From Alphaproteobacteria bacterium (GTDB lineage Bacteria > Pseudomonadota > Alphaproteobacteria > CALKHQ01): 64,000 nucleotides of DNA. This document shows positions 54,018 to 64,000 of this stretch, in pieces; position 1 is the stretch's first letter, and each line of letters opens with the position of its first letter. A model generated the notes under the pieces. It did no database searches, had not been told where the DNA came from, and saw nothing but the letters and a program-made list of their open reading frames with translations. Location of the stretch: the NCBI GenBank assembly GCA_965227515.1, contig CBDDFZ010000001.1:3744001-3808000 (forward strand), given 5' to 3'. A program made the translations under genes and the position numbers.

Positions 54018-54854
54018 ATGAGCGCCCAGCCGTCGGCGGCCACGCCGCAGCCTTCCCACTCACCGACAAGCCAGGCCGACGCACCGCTGGTGCTTGCCGA
54101 CAGCGCCGACGGTGTCGTGACCCTGACCCTGAACCGGCCGGCACAATACAACGCGCTGTCGGAGGCGATGCTGGATGCGGTGCAAGAGGCGCTTGACGAG
54201 GCCGGCCGCGACCCGGCGACCCGGGTGGTGGTGCTGGCCGCCAACGGCAAGGCGTTCTGCGCCGGCCACGACCTGAAGGAAATGCGGCGCAACCCCGACC
54301 GCGCCTACTACAACATGCTGTTCGAGCGCTGCTCCAAGATGATGCTGACGATCGCGCGCCTGCCGGTGCCAGTGATCGCGCGGGTGCAGGGCATTGCCAC
54401 CGCCGCCGGCTGCCAGTTGGTCGCGCAATGCGACCTGGCGGTCGCGGTCGAGGAGGCGCGGTTCGCCGTCTCCGGCATCAATGTCGGCCTGTTCTGTTCC
54501 ACCCCGGCCGTCCCGCTCAGCCGCAACGTCAACCGCAAGACCGCGATGGAGATGCTGATGACGGGCGACTTCATCGATGCCGCCACCGCCCAGACCCAAG
54601 GCCTGATCAACCGGGCGGTGCCGGCGGCAGACCTGGATGCGGCGGTCGCGGAGCTGGCGGCCAAGATCAATGCGAAGTCGCCGGCCGCGGTGCGCATCGG
54701 CAAGCAGATGTTCTACCAGCAGCTCGAAAAGGGCCTGATCGACGCCTATGCCTTCGCGGGCGAGACCATGGCCTGCAACATGATGGAGGCGGACGCCGGC
54801 GAGGGCATCGACGCCTTCATCGAGAAGCGCGCGCCGGTCTGGGGCAAGCCGTGA
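54018..54854 (+). CDS. Enoyl-CoA hydratase (crotonase family, ECHDC3-like)
   Basis: AFCAGHDLKE, ATAAGCQLVAQCDL, VGLFCSTP. Confidence 0.92.
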   Translation: MSAQPSAATPQPSHSPTSQADAPLVLADSADGVVTLTLNRPAQYNALSEAMLDAVQEALDEAGRDPATRVVVLAANGKAFCAGHDLKEMRRNPDRAYYNMLFERCSKMMLTIARLPVPVIARVQGIATAAGCQLVAQCDLAVAVEEARFAVSGINVGLFCSTPAVPLSRNVNRKTAMEMLMTGDFIDAATAQTQGLINRAVPAADLDAAVAELAAKINAKSPAAVRIGKQMFYQQLEKGLIDAYAFAGETMACNMMEADAGEGIDAFIEKRAPVWGKP

Positions 54855-55333
54855 ACCACGACGCCTACCCCAACCGCTACCTGCGCGACATTCTGCAAAA
54901 GGTGCGCACCATCGCCATGGTGGGCGCCAGCCCGAACTGGAACCGGCCCAGCTATTTCGCCATGAAGTACCTGCAGCACAAGGGATTCCGGGTGATCCCG
55001 GTCAACCCGCGCGCGGCGGGCGAGGAGATCCTGGGCGAGAAGGTCTATGCCGACCTGGCCGACGTCCCCGGGCACATAGACATGGTCGACATCTTCCGCA
55101 ACTCGGAGGCGGCGGGCCCGATCACCGACGCGGCGATCGAAATAGGCGCCGACGTGGTGTGGATGCAGCTTGGCGTGCGCAACGACGCGGCGGCGGCGCG
55201 GGCCGAGGCCGCCGGCCTAGAAGTCGTGATGGACCGCTGCCCGAAGATCGAGTTCGCGCGCCTGCACGGTGAGCTGGGCTGGAACGGCATGAACTCGCGC
55301 GTCATTTCGTCGAAACGCCGCAAGCTGGTGTGA
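54851..55333 (+). CDS. CoA-binding protein (YccU-like)
   Basis: IAMVGAS...RPSY, VIPVNP, DMVDIFRNS, WMQLG, VMDRCPKIE; GTGA overlap. Confidence 0.9.
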   Translation: MNHDAYPNRYLRDILQKVRTIAMVGASPNWNRPSYFAMKYLQHKGFRVIPVNPRAAGEEILGEKVYADLADVPGHIDMVDIFRNSEAAGPITDAAIEIGADVVWMQLGVRNDAAAARAEAAGLEVVMDRCPKIEFARLHGELGWNGMNSRVISSKRRKLV

Positions 55334-55363
55334 GTTGATGCCATTTGCCAACTGCCTTTTTCT

Positions 55364-55482
55364 GTCATGCGCGGACTTGATCCGCGCATCCACGCGGTTG
55401 ATGACAATTGCTGGCATTGCCGTGTTCCTGCAATGCCCACGTGGATACCCGGGTCTCGGCTTTCAGCCGGCCCGGGCATGAC
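55364..55482. repeat. Alphaproteobacterial REP/RIME-like palindromic intergenic element
   Basis: GTCATGCGCGGACTTGATCCGCGCATCCAC...GTGGATACCCGGGTC...CCCGGGCATGAC. Confidence 0.75.
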
Positions 55483-55544
55483 GTTCTAGTGGTTGTTTCG
55501 GCGAGCCTTGCCGGCTGGAGCCGAGTTGCCGACAGAGAGTGACC

Positions 55545-56858
55545 ATGACCGACAGCAAGAACCCCGGTTTCAACACACTGGCGCTGCACGCCGGGGCCGC
55601 GCCGGACCCGACCACGGGCGCGCGCAGTGTGCCGATCTACCAGTCGACCTCGTTCGTGTTCGACGACGTGGACCACGCTGCCTCGCTGTTCAACCTGCAG
55701 ACCGTGGGCTTCATCTATTCGCGGCTGACCAACCCCACGGTCGCGGCACTGGAGGAGCGAGTCGCGGCACTGGAGGACGGTCGCGGCGCCACCGCCACGT
55801 CGTCCGGCCACGCCGCCCAGATATTGGCGCTTTTCCCGCTGATGCACCCGGGCGACCACATCGTCGCCTCCAATAAGCTCTATGGCGGTTCGCTGAATCA
55901 GATGGGCCACAGCTACAAGAAGTTCGGCTGGTCGACCACGTTTGTGGACCCTGACAGCGCCGATAACTTCAAGGCCGCGATCGCCGACACCACCAAGGCG
56001 ATCTTCATCGAAAGCCTGGCCAACCCCGGCGGCGTGGTGGTCGACATCGAGGCGGTGGCCCAGGTGGCGCACGATGCCGGCATTCCGCTGATCGTGGACA
56101 ACACGCTGGCGACCCCTGCCCTTTGTCGTCCGTTCGAATGGGGCGCGGATGTGGTGGTGCACTCGACCACCAAATTCCTGTCCGGCAGCGGCACCGCGGT
56201 CGGCGGCGCGGTGGTCGACAGCGGCACATTCGACTGGGCGCAAAACGACAAGTTCCCCAGCCTGTCGACGCCGGCGCCGGAGTATCACGGCCTCACCTTC
56301 ACCGAGACGTTCGGGGACATGGCTTACACCATCTATGGGCATGCCATCGGGTTGCGCGACCTGGGGCCGAGCCAGGCGCCGATGAATGCGTGGCTGACCA
56401 TGCTGGGCATCGAGACCCTGTCACTGCGCATGGAGCGGCAGTGCGCCAACGCGCTGAAAGTGGCGGAATACCTGGAGGGGCACCCGGCGGTCGAGTGGGT
56501 GTTCTATGCCGGCTTGCCGTCCAACCCCTACCACGCGCTGGCGCAGAAGTACCTGAAGGGCGGCGCGGGCGCGGTCTTCACCTTCGGCCTGAAGGGCGGG
56601 TTCGACGCCGGCATCGCCATGGTGGAGAACTGCGAGTTGCTGTCCCACCTCGCCAACATCGGCGATTCGAAGTCGCTGATCATTCACCCGGCCTCGACCA
56701 CCCACCGCCAGCTCGACGAGGCGGCGCAGATCGCCTGCGGCGCCGGGCCGGATGTGGTGCGGCTGTCGATCGGCATCGAGGACGTCGCCGACATTATCGC
56801 CGACCTGGAACAGGCGCTGGCCGCGGCCCAGGAAACCACGCGCGCGGCAGCCGAATAA
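55545..56858 (+). CDS. metY: O-acetylhomoserine aminocarboxypropyltransferase (OAH sulfhydrylase)
   Basis: [27 protein letters not shown] (PLP Lys), [15 protein letters not shown]. Confidence 0.92.
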   Translation: MTDSKNPGFNTLALHAGAAPDPTTGARSVPIYQSTSFVFDDVDHAASLFNLQTVGFIYSRLTNPTVAALEERVAALEDGRGATATSSGHAAQILALFPLMHPGDHIVASNKLYGGSLNQMGHSYKKFGWSTTFVDPDSADNFKAAIADTTKAIFIESLANPGGVVVDIEAVAQVAHDAGIPLIVDNTLATPALCRPFEWGADVVVHSTTKFLSGSGTAVGGAVVDSGTFDWAQNDKFPSLSTPAPEYHGLTFTETFGDMAYTIYGHAIGLRDLGPSQAPMNAWLTMLGIETLSLRMERQCANALKVAEYLEGHPAVEWVFYAGLPSNPYHALAQKYLKGGAGAVFTFGLKGGFDAGIAMVENCELLSHLANIGDSKSLIIHPASTTHRQLDEAAQIACGAGPDVVRLSIGIEDVADIIADLEQALAAAQETTRAAAE

Positions 56859-57044
56859 CGTTCAGGCAATCAAGTTCCGCCTGGGGGCTGGCCTGCAACC
56901 GAGTACGCCCGCTAGCTGAACATTAATTTCGCCCCGCATTTTCAATTGATCTTGCCGGCGCATAGCTGACAGAATGCGTCGTTCGATTGCAGTGATTTTA
57001 TTCGCTCAGAAGTTCATTTTTCATTCATTTAAAGGAGGGCGGCG

Positions 57045-58220
57045 GTGTCAGAGCCCGACTCAAGCCTAACCGAGCGCACGCAGTCTCGGTCAAGTCTCGA
57101 ACTCCTCGGCGCATATGTCGATAACGCATCCAACCACACCCCGCGCTGGCTCAACTGGCTGTTTGTCCTCGTGCCCATCGCCACGATTGCGGGGGCCGCA
57201 TACGTTTTCAATGAGACAGTTGAAGTCGGCAGAATCGAACTTCGCTTTATTGGCGAGGTTTTCGGCACGATCGAGCCGACCGAAATTCCGCCCAAGGTCG
57301 TCCACGGAATCTACGGCTGGGGCCTGGCATTTGTCGCCATGTGCGTCGCCGGACTGGCCACCACTGCCATCTGCCTGCGCGTTATCTACTGTCAGGCAGA
57401 GGGACAACGCACCGCGATATTTGCTGTCGCCACTGTGCTGGGCTTGGCTGTCTTCGCGGCGGTCGTAAGCCTCGACTACTATCCAAAAAACGCTATCAGT
57501 GGCGCGCTGTTCGATGGAACCGTGGGGCATTTGCCGTCTTGCGGCCCGGACGATGAGACCGCCGACGACGTCCACGCATGTTTCAACGACGCGGGCGAGC
57601 GGGTCTCGATCGGCAACACCGGTTCCAGCATCAAGGACATCCTGCCCTGGGGCAGCGCAGTGCTGTGCATGGCCGCCGTGCTCGCATTCATCGCTGCCGC
57701 ATCGACCATCGCGACCGGCCGCCCACCCAAGCCACCGAGCACCGAGCACGACCAATCAAAGGTCGCCAGCGGTTGGAGCGACTTGCGCCTCATCGTCATG
57801 ATGACCGCGGCAACTTTGGTCCTGTCCTATCTGACATCCCATCTCCTGCTCAATCTGGGCGCCGAAACCGTGGCGGCCGCCGAAATTCCGGCGGACGACC
57901 CCAACGCGGTTACGGGCGATAGCGAAGATGCGGAGGGGGGCGAAGAACTGGAGGAAAACGCCTCGCCTTCGCCCCATGACCTGACGGTCGCGCGGTATGC
58001 CGAGTTGCAGAGCGCAGCGGAACTCTACTGGACAGTCATCACGACCGTCGCCCTTGCATCGATTTACTTTCCCGTGGCCGCAATACTGTGGATCAGGACC
58101 ACGCCGGATAAGCGAAAACCCGACCAGAACCCTTGGATGGCGGTCGCGAAGCAGATTCTTACCATCGTCAGTCCGCTGCTCGCTGGCCTCGTGGTCAATC
58201 TCTCAGAGTTGTTTGCCTGA
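57045..58220 (+). CDS. Hypothetical multi-pass membrane protein
   Basis: 391 aa, ~7 hydrophobic segments, AAGGAGG RBS; no recognised family. Confidence 0.7.
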   Translation: MSEPDSSLTERTQSRSSLELLGAYVDNASNHTPRWLNWLFVLVPIATIAGAAYVFNETVEVGRIELRFIGEVFGTIEPTEIPPKVVHGIYGWGLAFVAMCVAGLATTAICLRVIYCQAEGQRTAIFAVATVLGLAVFAAVVSLDYYPKNAISGALFDGTVGHLPSCGPDDETADDVHACFNDAGERVSIGNTGSSIKDILPWGSAVLCMAAVLAFIAAASTIATGRPPKPPSTEHDQSKVASGWSDLRLIVMMTAATLVLSYLTSHLLLNLGAETVAAAEIPADDPNAVTGDSEDAEGGEELEENASPSPHDLTVARYAELQSAAELYWTVITTVALASIYFPVAAILWIRTTPDKRKPDQNPWMAVAKQILTIVSPLLAGLVVNLSELFA

Positions 58221-58239
58221 CCGCCGGGCTGAAAAAGCG

Positions 58240-58698
58240 CTAGACGCTGCAGCTGTCGCCGGCGCTGATGGTGGCGTCCTCGGGGAAGCTGCCGGAGCCC
58301 TCGGCGTTGTAGATGGTCACCCGGCCGAGCGGCAGGAAGTCCATGGTCTTGCAGCCCTGGACACCCCCCAGCGTCTCGCAAACGAACTCGCCATTGACGT
58401 TCCAGGTGCCGCCCTCGGGCAGCGACCGGTCGACTTGGTGATAGAGCGAGCCGTCGGCGTTGTAATAGGTGCAATATCCGTCGCCCGCCACGTTGGTGCT
58501 GCGGATGGTGTGGCCGGCCAGGTTGTTGCGCAGCACGTCGCCGGTCGGCGCGCCGACGACATCGGGACCGGTCGATGCCGGTGAGATCGGCGTGAAGGTC
58601 TGGCCGGCACCGCCCGAACCGCCACTGGAATTGCAGGCCGCGAGCGCGAACGATGCCGCGACGGCCAGGACGAGGGAAAACGCGGTTCCGATACGCAT
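58240..58698 (-). CDS. Hypothetical lipoprotein
   Basis: MRIGTAFSLVLAVAASFALAA-C lipobox; GGAGG RBS; several Cys. Confidence 0.75.
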   Translation of the reverse strand: MRIGTAFSLVLAVAASFALAACNSSGGSGGAGQTFTPISPASTGPDVVGAPTGDVLRNNLAGHTIRSTNVAGDGYCTYYNADGSLYHQVDRSLPEGGTWNVNGEFVCETLGGVQGCKTMDFLPLGRVTIYNAEGSGSFPEDATISAGDSCSV

Positions 58699-58795
58699 GG
58701 CGGTTGCCTCCAGAGCAATGTTCAAACCAGTTGTCTCAGACAGTTGCACACCGCGACAACCGCCGCAACGCCCCTGCCCGGCCCGTAAGTCCAGC

Positions 58796-60217
58796 CTACT
58801 TGCCGCGCACGCGTGGGCCGCTGTTGCTGTCCTGTTGCGGCGGTGCCGGCGCGTCGTCGTCCGGCGAGCGGAACAGCGAGCTGCCGGGGCTGTCGTCCTG
58901 ATTCGCATCTGGCCCCTGGTCTGGCCCCTGGCCGGCATCCACTAGATCGGGCAGATCGGGCCCGTCCGGCTCTTGCCCCGGTGGCGCGAAGCCCGGCAGC
59001 AATTCCAGCCCCGTCGGCGGCGGCGCCTCCGGATAGGCAGCAACCGCCTGGCCGTCATCGCCAAGTGCCGGTCCGTAATTCGGGCCGGCATAGAACGGCC
59101 CCCAGTCGCCCGGCCCGCCGCCCAGCTCGAACGTGTTGACCATGGCCAGCACGTTGGGCTGCATCACCGGGCCGTCGTCGCGGCGGAACGTGTAGATGAA
59201 CTGCACCACCCAGCCAGCGGCGGTCTCGGCGCGCGTATAGACGTAGCGCAGATCGTTGCGGCCTGAGAGCACGAACCAGTCGTCCCGGCTCGCCGCATAG
59301 GGCACCTCGTATTCGGCCGCCAGGTCCGCGGCCGTCGCCGCGTAGTCGTCCGCCAGTTGCGCCACGCCGCCGGTGTGCCACCGAAGCTCAAGCTCGGCAT
59401 CGAACCTACTGGAATAGAAGGCGATTCCGCCGCCCGGCAATGCCGACTGCTGGTCGAAGATGTTCTCCGGCACACCGATGCGGAACGGCGGCACGGCCAG
59501 GGTGTAGGGCGCGAAACCGGCCGCCGTGCGGCGCGCCGTCGCCTCGGTCAGCAGGTCCACCATCTGGCTGGCGGTCAGATAGCCGGTTTCCGCCGCCCCG
59601 ACCGATTCCTGATAGCTGCTGACGGCATCGCGCGTGCCTGGGCCGAACGCGCCGTCGATCAGGCCGTTGTAATGGAACGTCCACTGCAGGCCCCATTGGA
59701 TGTCGCGCCGCTCCTGCTCGCTCAACACGCCTTCCAGCGCCGCGCCGGCGGCCGCCGGATCCCGTGCACGTAGTTCGGCCAGCCCGGCATCGATTTGCCA
59801 GCGCGCGATCGCCTGCTCGGCCGCGACGCTCATCGGCTCCAAGCCCAATGCGCCGACCGGCGCCACCGCGCCCGCCGCGAGCCGCATGACCCGTACATTG
59901 CCCGTATCGGTGTCGACCGCCAGCAGGCTGCGGTCCGTGTCGCAAGACCGCGGGTTGCAGCCGGTGACCAGCAGCACCCGCTCGCCGATCAGCACGGCCG
60001 GCGCGGCGCGGACCATGGACTGCGACCACGGCCCGAGTTCGCCGCCAAGGCCCTGGCGCAGGGCGTCCAGCAGGGACGGATCGGCCAGGACCTGGGCGCC
60101 CTCGGCCCCGTGGAAATAGCGCAGATGCGCCAGGTCCTGCGCGAATGCCGGCACCGTGGCAATCGCGACCGCTGCTGCCATGGCGGCAGCACGAATCACC
60201 TCATTCACTGCATTCAT
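58796..60217 (-). CDS. Exported peptidoglycan-binding-domain protein with N-terminal Ivy-like Cys motif
   Basis: Signal peptide ..PAFA-Q; IQWGL..YNGLIDGAFGPGTRDAVSSYQ..TGYLT (PG_binding_1); GCNPRSCD. Confidence 0.75.
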   Translation of the reverse strand: MNAVNEVIRAAAMAAAVAIATVPAFAQDLAHLRYFHGAEGAQVLADPSLLDALRQGLGGELGPWSQSMVRAAPAVLIGERVLLVTGCNPRSCDTDRSLLAVDTDTGNVRVMRLAAGAVAPVGALGLEPMSVAAEQAIARWQIDAGLAELRARDPAAAGAALEGVLSEQERRDIQWGLQWTFHYNGLIDGAFGPGTRDAVSSYQESVGAAETGYLTASQMVDLLTEATARRTAAGFAPYTLAVPPFRIGVPENIFDQQSALPGGGIAFYSSRFDAELELRWHTGGVAQLADDYAATAADLAAEYEVPYAASRDDWFVLSGRNDLRYVYTRAETAAGWVVQFIYTFRRDDGPVMQPNVLAMVNTFELGGGPGDWGPFYAGPNYGPALGDDGQAVAAYPEAPPPTGLELLPGFAPPGQEPDGPDLPDLVDAGQGPDQGPDANQDDSPGSSLFRSPDDDAPAPPQQDSNSGPRVRGK

Positions 60218-60272
60218 ATTCCACCCCAACATATTGAAGTGAATATGTTTTGAAGCGCTGTCGGCGGCGAAC

Positions 60273-61232
60273 CTACATCACCCCGTCGCGCTTCATCTGC
60301 TGCGTCAGCAGTTCGAGTTCCACGTCCAGATCCAGCCGATCCTGACGCTGCAGCTTGTGGTACTGCTCCTCAAAGACACGCTCCATCTCCTTGAGGGCAA
60401 TACTGAAATTCTCGTCCAGCACATCGTCGCTGAGGCCGGAGCGAATCTGCGTCTGCTCGAACTCAACCAGCACCTGGGCGCCGTGCGCGCCCTCCTCGCC
60501 GCCCGAGGCCGCATCGGTCACCGAGCTCGACGCGACGGCGGCGGAGTCCGTACCGCCCCAGCCGCCGGAAACCCCGCGCAGGCTGACGTACTTCTCGGTC
60601 ACCCGCTTGGCGCCGTCGAGATAGATGTTCAGGAACTGCCGCGCCCGGCGCAGCGAGGCCGGCACCGCGTCCTCGCGCAAATCGTCCAGGATGCGGTCGC
60701 CCCATTTCACCAGGTTGCGCACCCGCTCACGGTACTCGCGATGCCGGAGCTTGCTTTGCAGGCGCTTGAGTGTGCGCAGGGCCTCGCCGGCTTCCTCCAG
60801 CGTCTCGCGGACCAGGATCTGGGTCTCGTTGGCGTGCCGGCGCCCGAACGAATGGTCCAGGCCATAGGCCAGCACGTGGCCGGCCCATGCGCCGACACCG
60901 AACACGATAGAGGCGATGAAGCCGTGGCCGACCGCCAGCGAGGCGACGAAGAACGTCGCCACGCCGACGATGATGGACGCCGGCAGCTTCATCGGCAGCC
61001 ATTTCAGCGGGTCTTCGCGGCGCGGCCGCACTTCGCGCTGGATGCCGACCCGGGTGATCACGCCGGCCACCGCGTAGACCGCGTAGAGGATGGCCACGAT
61101 GGCCGCGCGCAGGCCCTCGCCGATGGCGAGCGACCAGATCGCATCCACGATCAGCGGACTCGGCAGGATGAACAGCCACAGGCCCGCGGTCTTGTACCGG
61201 GCGCGCGCCAATGTTTCGGCGGGGGATGCCAT
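60273..61232 (-). CDS. XpaC-like (5-bromo-4-chloroindolyl phosphate hydrolysis family) membrane protein
   Basis: N-terminal TMs, AYGLD, RARQFLNIYLDGA..VT.KY, C-terminal DLDVELELL..MKRDG. Confidence 0.75.
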   Translation of the reverse strand: MASPAETLARARYKTAGLWLFILPSPLIVDAIWSLAIGEGLRAAIVAILYAVYAVAGVITRVGIQREVRPRREDPLKWLPMKLPASIIVGVATFFVASLAVGHGFIASIVFGVGAWAGHVLAYGLDHSFGRRHANETQILVRETLEEAGEALRTLKRLQSKLRHREYRERVRNLVKWGDRILDDLREDAVPASLRRARQFLNIYLDGAKRVTEKYVSLRGVSGGWGGTDSAAVASSSVTDAASGGEEGAHGAQVLVEFEQTQIRSGLSDDVLDENFSIALKEMERVFEEQYHKLQRQDRLDLDVELELLTQQMKRDGVM

Positions 61233-61235
61233 GGC

Positions 61236-61403
61236 TCAGCCCTCCCCGCCGCTGCCGTCAACCGGACCCTGCCCGGTCTCCGGATCGTCGCCCATGGGAT
61301 TCTCGTAGAGCCCCTGCTCGGTCAGCAGGGCCTGGCAGCTGCCAAGCCCGATGGTCGCGATCATCAGGACGATGCCGGCCAGCTTCAGAAACGTGTTGTC
61401 CAC
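61236..61403 (-). CDS. Small hypothetical membrane protein
   Basis: GTG start after GAAGGTAGG; one TM; ends 3 bp before the xpaC-like start. Confidence 0.5.
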   Translation of the reverse strand: MDNTFLKLAGIVLMIATIGLGSCQALLTEQGLYENPMGDDPETGQGPVDGSGGEG

Positions 61404-61567
61404 CTGCCTACCTTCGCAGCGTTTGGCGCAACGAATGACACGCAGCGCCGTTGTTCGGGCGTGTATAGTCGAATTCGGCGCGCGTCGAAACCATGCCTGC
61501 GGCATTGCCATTGGCTGCCAAGGCCGGTATCGACGCGGCGAGACTGACCGGCAACGGAGGCCGCAAT

Positions 61568-62542
61568 ATGGCAGCCCACGGCTCCAAGATCGTCATCTAT
61601 GCGGCACTTGCCGGTAACGGACTGATCGCAATCACGAAATTCACGGCCGCTGGCATCACCGGCAGCTCGGCGATGTTCAGCGAGGCCGTGCACAGCCTGG
61701 TCGACACCGGCAACCAGGGCCTGCTGCTCTATGGGCTCAAGACATCGGCCAGGCCCGCCGACAAGAAGCACCCGTTCGGCTATGGCATGGAGCTCTACTT
61801 CTACGCCTTCCTGGTCGCGATCCTGATTTTCGGGCTCGGCGCCGGCATTTCGCTCTACGAAGGCATTCACAAGGTCATCGACCCGCATCCGGTCACCGAC
61901 ACCCTGATCAACTACATCGTCCTGGGGCTCGCCATCTGCTTCGAAGCGGTGGCCTGGTACTTCGCGTTTCGCGAGTTCCGCGCGACAAAGGGGTCGCGCG
62001 GCTGGGTGGAGGCGATCCGCCATACCAAGGACCCGACCGTACTGACCGTGCTGTTCGAGGACAGCGCCGCGATGCTGGGCCTGGTGGTTGCGCTGATCGG
62101 CGTGACCATCGTCGACCTGACCGGGATCTATTGGATCGATGGGCTGGCATCGATCGTCATCGGCTGCATCCTGGCGACGACCGCCGTCATCCTGGCCTTG
62201 GAGTGCAAGGGGCTGTTGATCGGCGAGGCCGCCGGCGCCGAGGTTATCGACGACATCCGCTCACGCGTGAAGCGTCACAGCTCCATCGAGCAGATCAACG
62301 AGTTGCGGACCATGCACATGGGCCCGAACGATGTTCTGGTCGCGATGTCGCTGGACTTCCGCAACGACATCAGCGTCGGCGCGGTCGAGAGCTCGATTAC
62401 GGCGATCGAGAAGGAGTTGCGCGAGGCGCACTCGGACATCAAACGCATATTTATTGAGGTCCAAAGCCGGCGCGATCACGACGCTCTGGTCAAGGCCGCG
62501 GACGCCGAGCGTCTCGCCGAGGCGGAAGCCAAGAAGCCGTAG
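61568..62542 (+). CDS. Cation diffusion facilitator family transporter
   Basis: SEAVHSLVDTGNQ, HPFGYG, VLFEDSAA, LLIGE; GGAGG RBS before ATG 61568. Confidence 0.92.
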   Translation: MAAHGSKIVIYAALAGNGLIAITKFTAAGITGSSAMFSEAVHSLVDTGNQGLLLYGLKTSARPADKKHPFGYGMELYFYAFLVAILIFGLGAGISLYEGIHKVIDPHPVTDTLINYIVLGLAICFEAVAWYFAFREFRATKGSRGWVEAIRHTKDPTVLTVLFEDSAAMLGLVVALIGVTIVDLTGIYWIDGLASIVIGCILATTAVILALECKGLLIGEAAGAEVIDDIRSRVKRHSSIEQINELRTMHMGPNDVLVAMSLDFRNDISVGAVESSITAIEKELREAHSDIKRIFIEVQSRRDHDALVKAADAERLAEAEAKKP

Positions 62543-62551
62543 GCGCGCGAC

Positions 62552-62902
62552 ATGAGGCTCACCGGCCTGGTACCGATGCTGCAGGTCGACGATATCGAGG
62601 CCACCGTCGCCTGGTACCAGGAAACCCTGGGCTTCACCTGCACCGGCAGGTTCGGGGAGGACTGGTCTCGGCTCGAGCGCGACGCCGTCTCGCTGATGTT
62701 CATGCGCAACGACCATATGGGCGCTCCACACGCCACCGCCACCCAGTACATCTATGTCGATGACGCGATGGCGTTGTGGGAGGCGATCAAGGACCGCTGT
62801 ACCGTCGAGTGGGGCCCGGAGCGCTACGAGTACGGCAACCTGGAATTCGCCATCAAGGATATCAACGAATACCTGATAAGTTTCGGCCAACCCGTTGATT
62901 AG
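62552..62902 (+). CDS. VOC/glyoxalase-bleomycin resistance family protein
   Basis: PMLQVDDIEATVAWYQETLGF, YGNLEFAIKD.NEYLISFG. Confidence 0.85.
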   Translation: MRLTGLVPMLQVDDIEATVAWYQETLGFTCTGRFGEDWSRLERDAVSLMFMRNDHMGAPHATATQYIYVDDAMALWEAIKDRCTVEWGPERYEYGNLEFAIKDINEYLISFGQPVD

Positions 62903-62920
62903 GCGCGTTCTTTCGTCGCT

Positions 62921-64000
62921 CTACTCCGCCGGCTGAACCACCGGCTGGTGCGACGGGCTGCGGTCCGACGGCAGCGTCATCGCGGTCAGCGCCACAACGG
63001 CGGCGAAAATGGCCAGCGCGATGAACACGATGGTGAAGTCGCCGGTCCATTCGAACAGCACGCCGACCAGCAGCGGCGCCACGACGCCGGCCCCCATCGC
63101 AACCACGAACCGGAAAGCGAAGACCCGGCTGAGCCAGGACTCGGGCACCGAGCGGACGACCAGCAGGTCCTCCACCGCCTGGAAGCCCATCGACAGGCAG
63201 ACTGCCAGCAAGGCCAGGCCCAGCAGAGAGCCGCCAGACATATAACCGATGACCACCAGCAGCGGGATCTGAACCACGTAGGACGAGATGAACATCGCCC
63301 GCTTCGGCAGCCGGTCGGCCAGCACACCGATGCCGATCTGCACGCCGCCGGCCAGCAGGTACAGGATGGTGACGAAGATGCTGGTGTCGGCGCCTTCCGC
63401 GCCGAACAGGGCGGTCGCGATGTCGCCGGTCGACTGCTCGAACAGCTTCGGCATCGCCACGCTGGAGGTGTGGAAGACCAGGCCGGCGAAGAACGCGATG
63501 ACCATCAATGCCGCCAGCAGACGCATCATCGACGGCGTGCGCAGCAGGCCGGGCGCGCTGCCCATGCCGGCACTGATGCCGCGCTCGTCGTCGCGCACCA
63601 GCAGCAGTTGCAGCACGCCGCATGCCGTGATCAGGCCACCCGGGATGTAGAAGGCCGCCCGCCAGTCCACCGCCTCGATGCACACCACCGCCATCACCGG
63701 CGCGATGGCCACGCCGACCGCGCCGAAGAAGCCGTTGACGCCGATGGCAAAGCCCTTCTTCTCGCCGGCCTTTCGCAACAGCCACGGAATGCCGACCGGG
63801 TGATAGATCGACGCGAACAGGCCGATGGCCGCCAGGCCCAACAGAAGCTCGAACGTGGTATCGGCGAACCCGGTTGCGATCGACGACAGGCCGAGGCCGA
63901 AGAAGAACACCTGCATCATGCGCGCCGCACCGATGCGATCGGCCAGGAAGCCGGCCGGCAGGGCGCCGAGGCCGAACAGCAGCCAGCCTGTCGAGGCCAG
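62921..64000 (-). CDS. MFS transporter (5' end outside window)
   Basis: GFLADRIGAAR motif A, IYHPVG, GVLADRLPKR; frame stays open to the window edge. Confidence 0.85.
   Translation of the reverse strand: MASTGWLLFGLGALPAGFLADRIGAARMMQVFFFGLGLSSIATGFADTTFELLLGLAAIGLFASIYHPVGIPWLLRKAGEKKGFAIGVNGFFGAVGVAIAPVMAVVCIEAVDWRAAFYIPGGLITACGVLQLLLVRDDERGISAGMGSAPGLLRTPSMMRLLAALMVIAFFAGLVFHTSSVAMPKLFEQSTGDIATALFGAEGADTSIFVTILYLLAGGVQIGIGVLADRLPKRAMFISSYVVQIPLLVVIGYMSGGSLLGLALLAVCLSMGFQAVEDLLVVRSVPESWLSRVFAFRFVVAMGAGVVAPLLVGVLFEWTGDFTIVFIALAIFAAVVALTAMTLPSDRSPSHQPVVQPAE

Noticed and set aside
55483-55544. SAM riboswitch upstream of metY
   Set aside because: No SAM-II or SAM-SAH consensus seen; most of the gap is the REP-like element

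Overview
GC-rich alphaproteobacterial chromosome segment (16S/23S and Fur-alpha-like boxes suggest a Rhodospirillales-like lineage; this is inference). From left to right: (i) two catabolic/uptake clusters (TctABC + shikimate dehydrogenase-like + LacI + MaoC + CoA-transferase; sugar ABC + SDR + GntR + Ldh_2 oxidoreductase); (ii) a heme/iron uptake locus (TonB, 2x ExbD, ExbB, TonB-dependent receptor, HmuTUV, IsdG-like monooxygenase) with Fur-like boxes; (iii) the main find, an alginate-type synthase operon (algD-alg8-alg44-GDP-mannose pyrophosphorylase-algG-algL plus two large Sel1-repeat proteins and a small membrane ORF). It is rearranged relative to Pseudomonas/Azotobacter, its AlgG is fused to a ~700-aa helical-repeat region, and no algE/algX/algIJF is visible. 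Next to it lie a divergent PAS-pseudokinase-REC-LuxR regulator and an RTX-PL7-RTX alginate lyase bracketed by IS630-like relics; (iv) a decayed large serine recombinase running into tRNA-fMet, a probable island boundary; (v) a complete minus-strand rrn operon (16S-tRNA-Ala-tRNA-Ile-23S with helix-9 IVS-5S-tRNA-fMet); (vi) core genes rplM-rpsI, enoyl-CoA hydratase, CoA-binding protein, metY and several membrane/envelope genes. All calls come from motif recognition by eye; no database searches were run.
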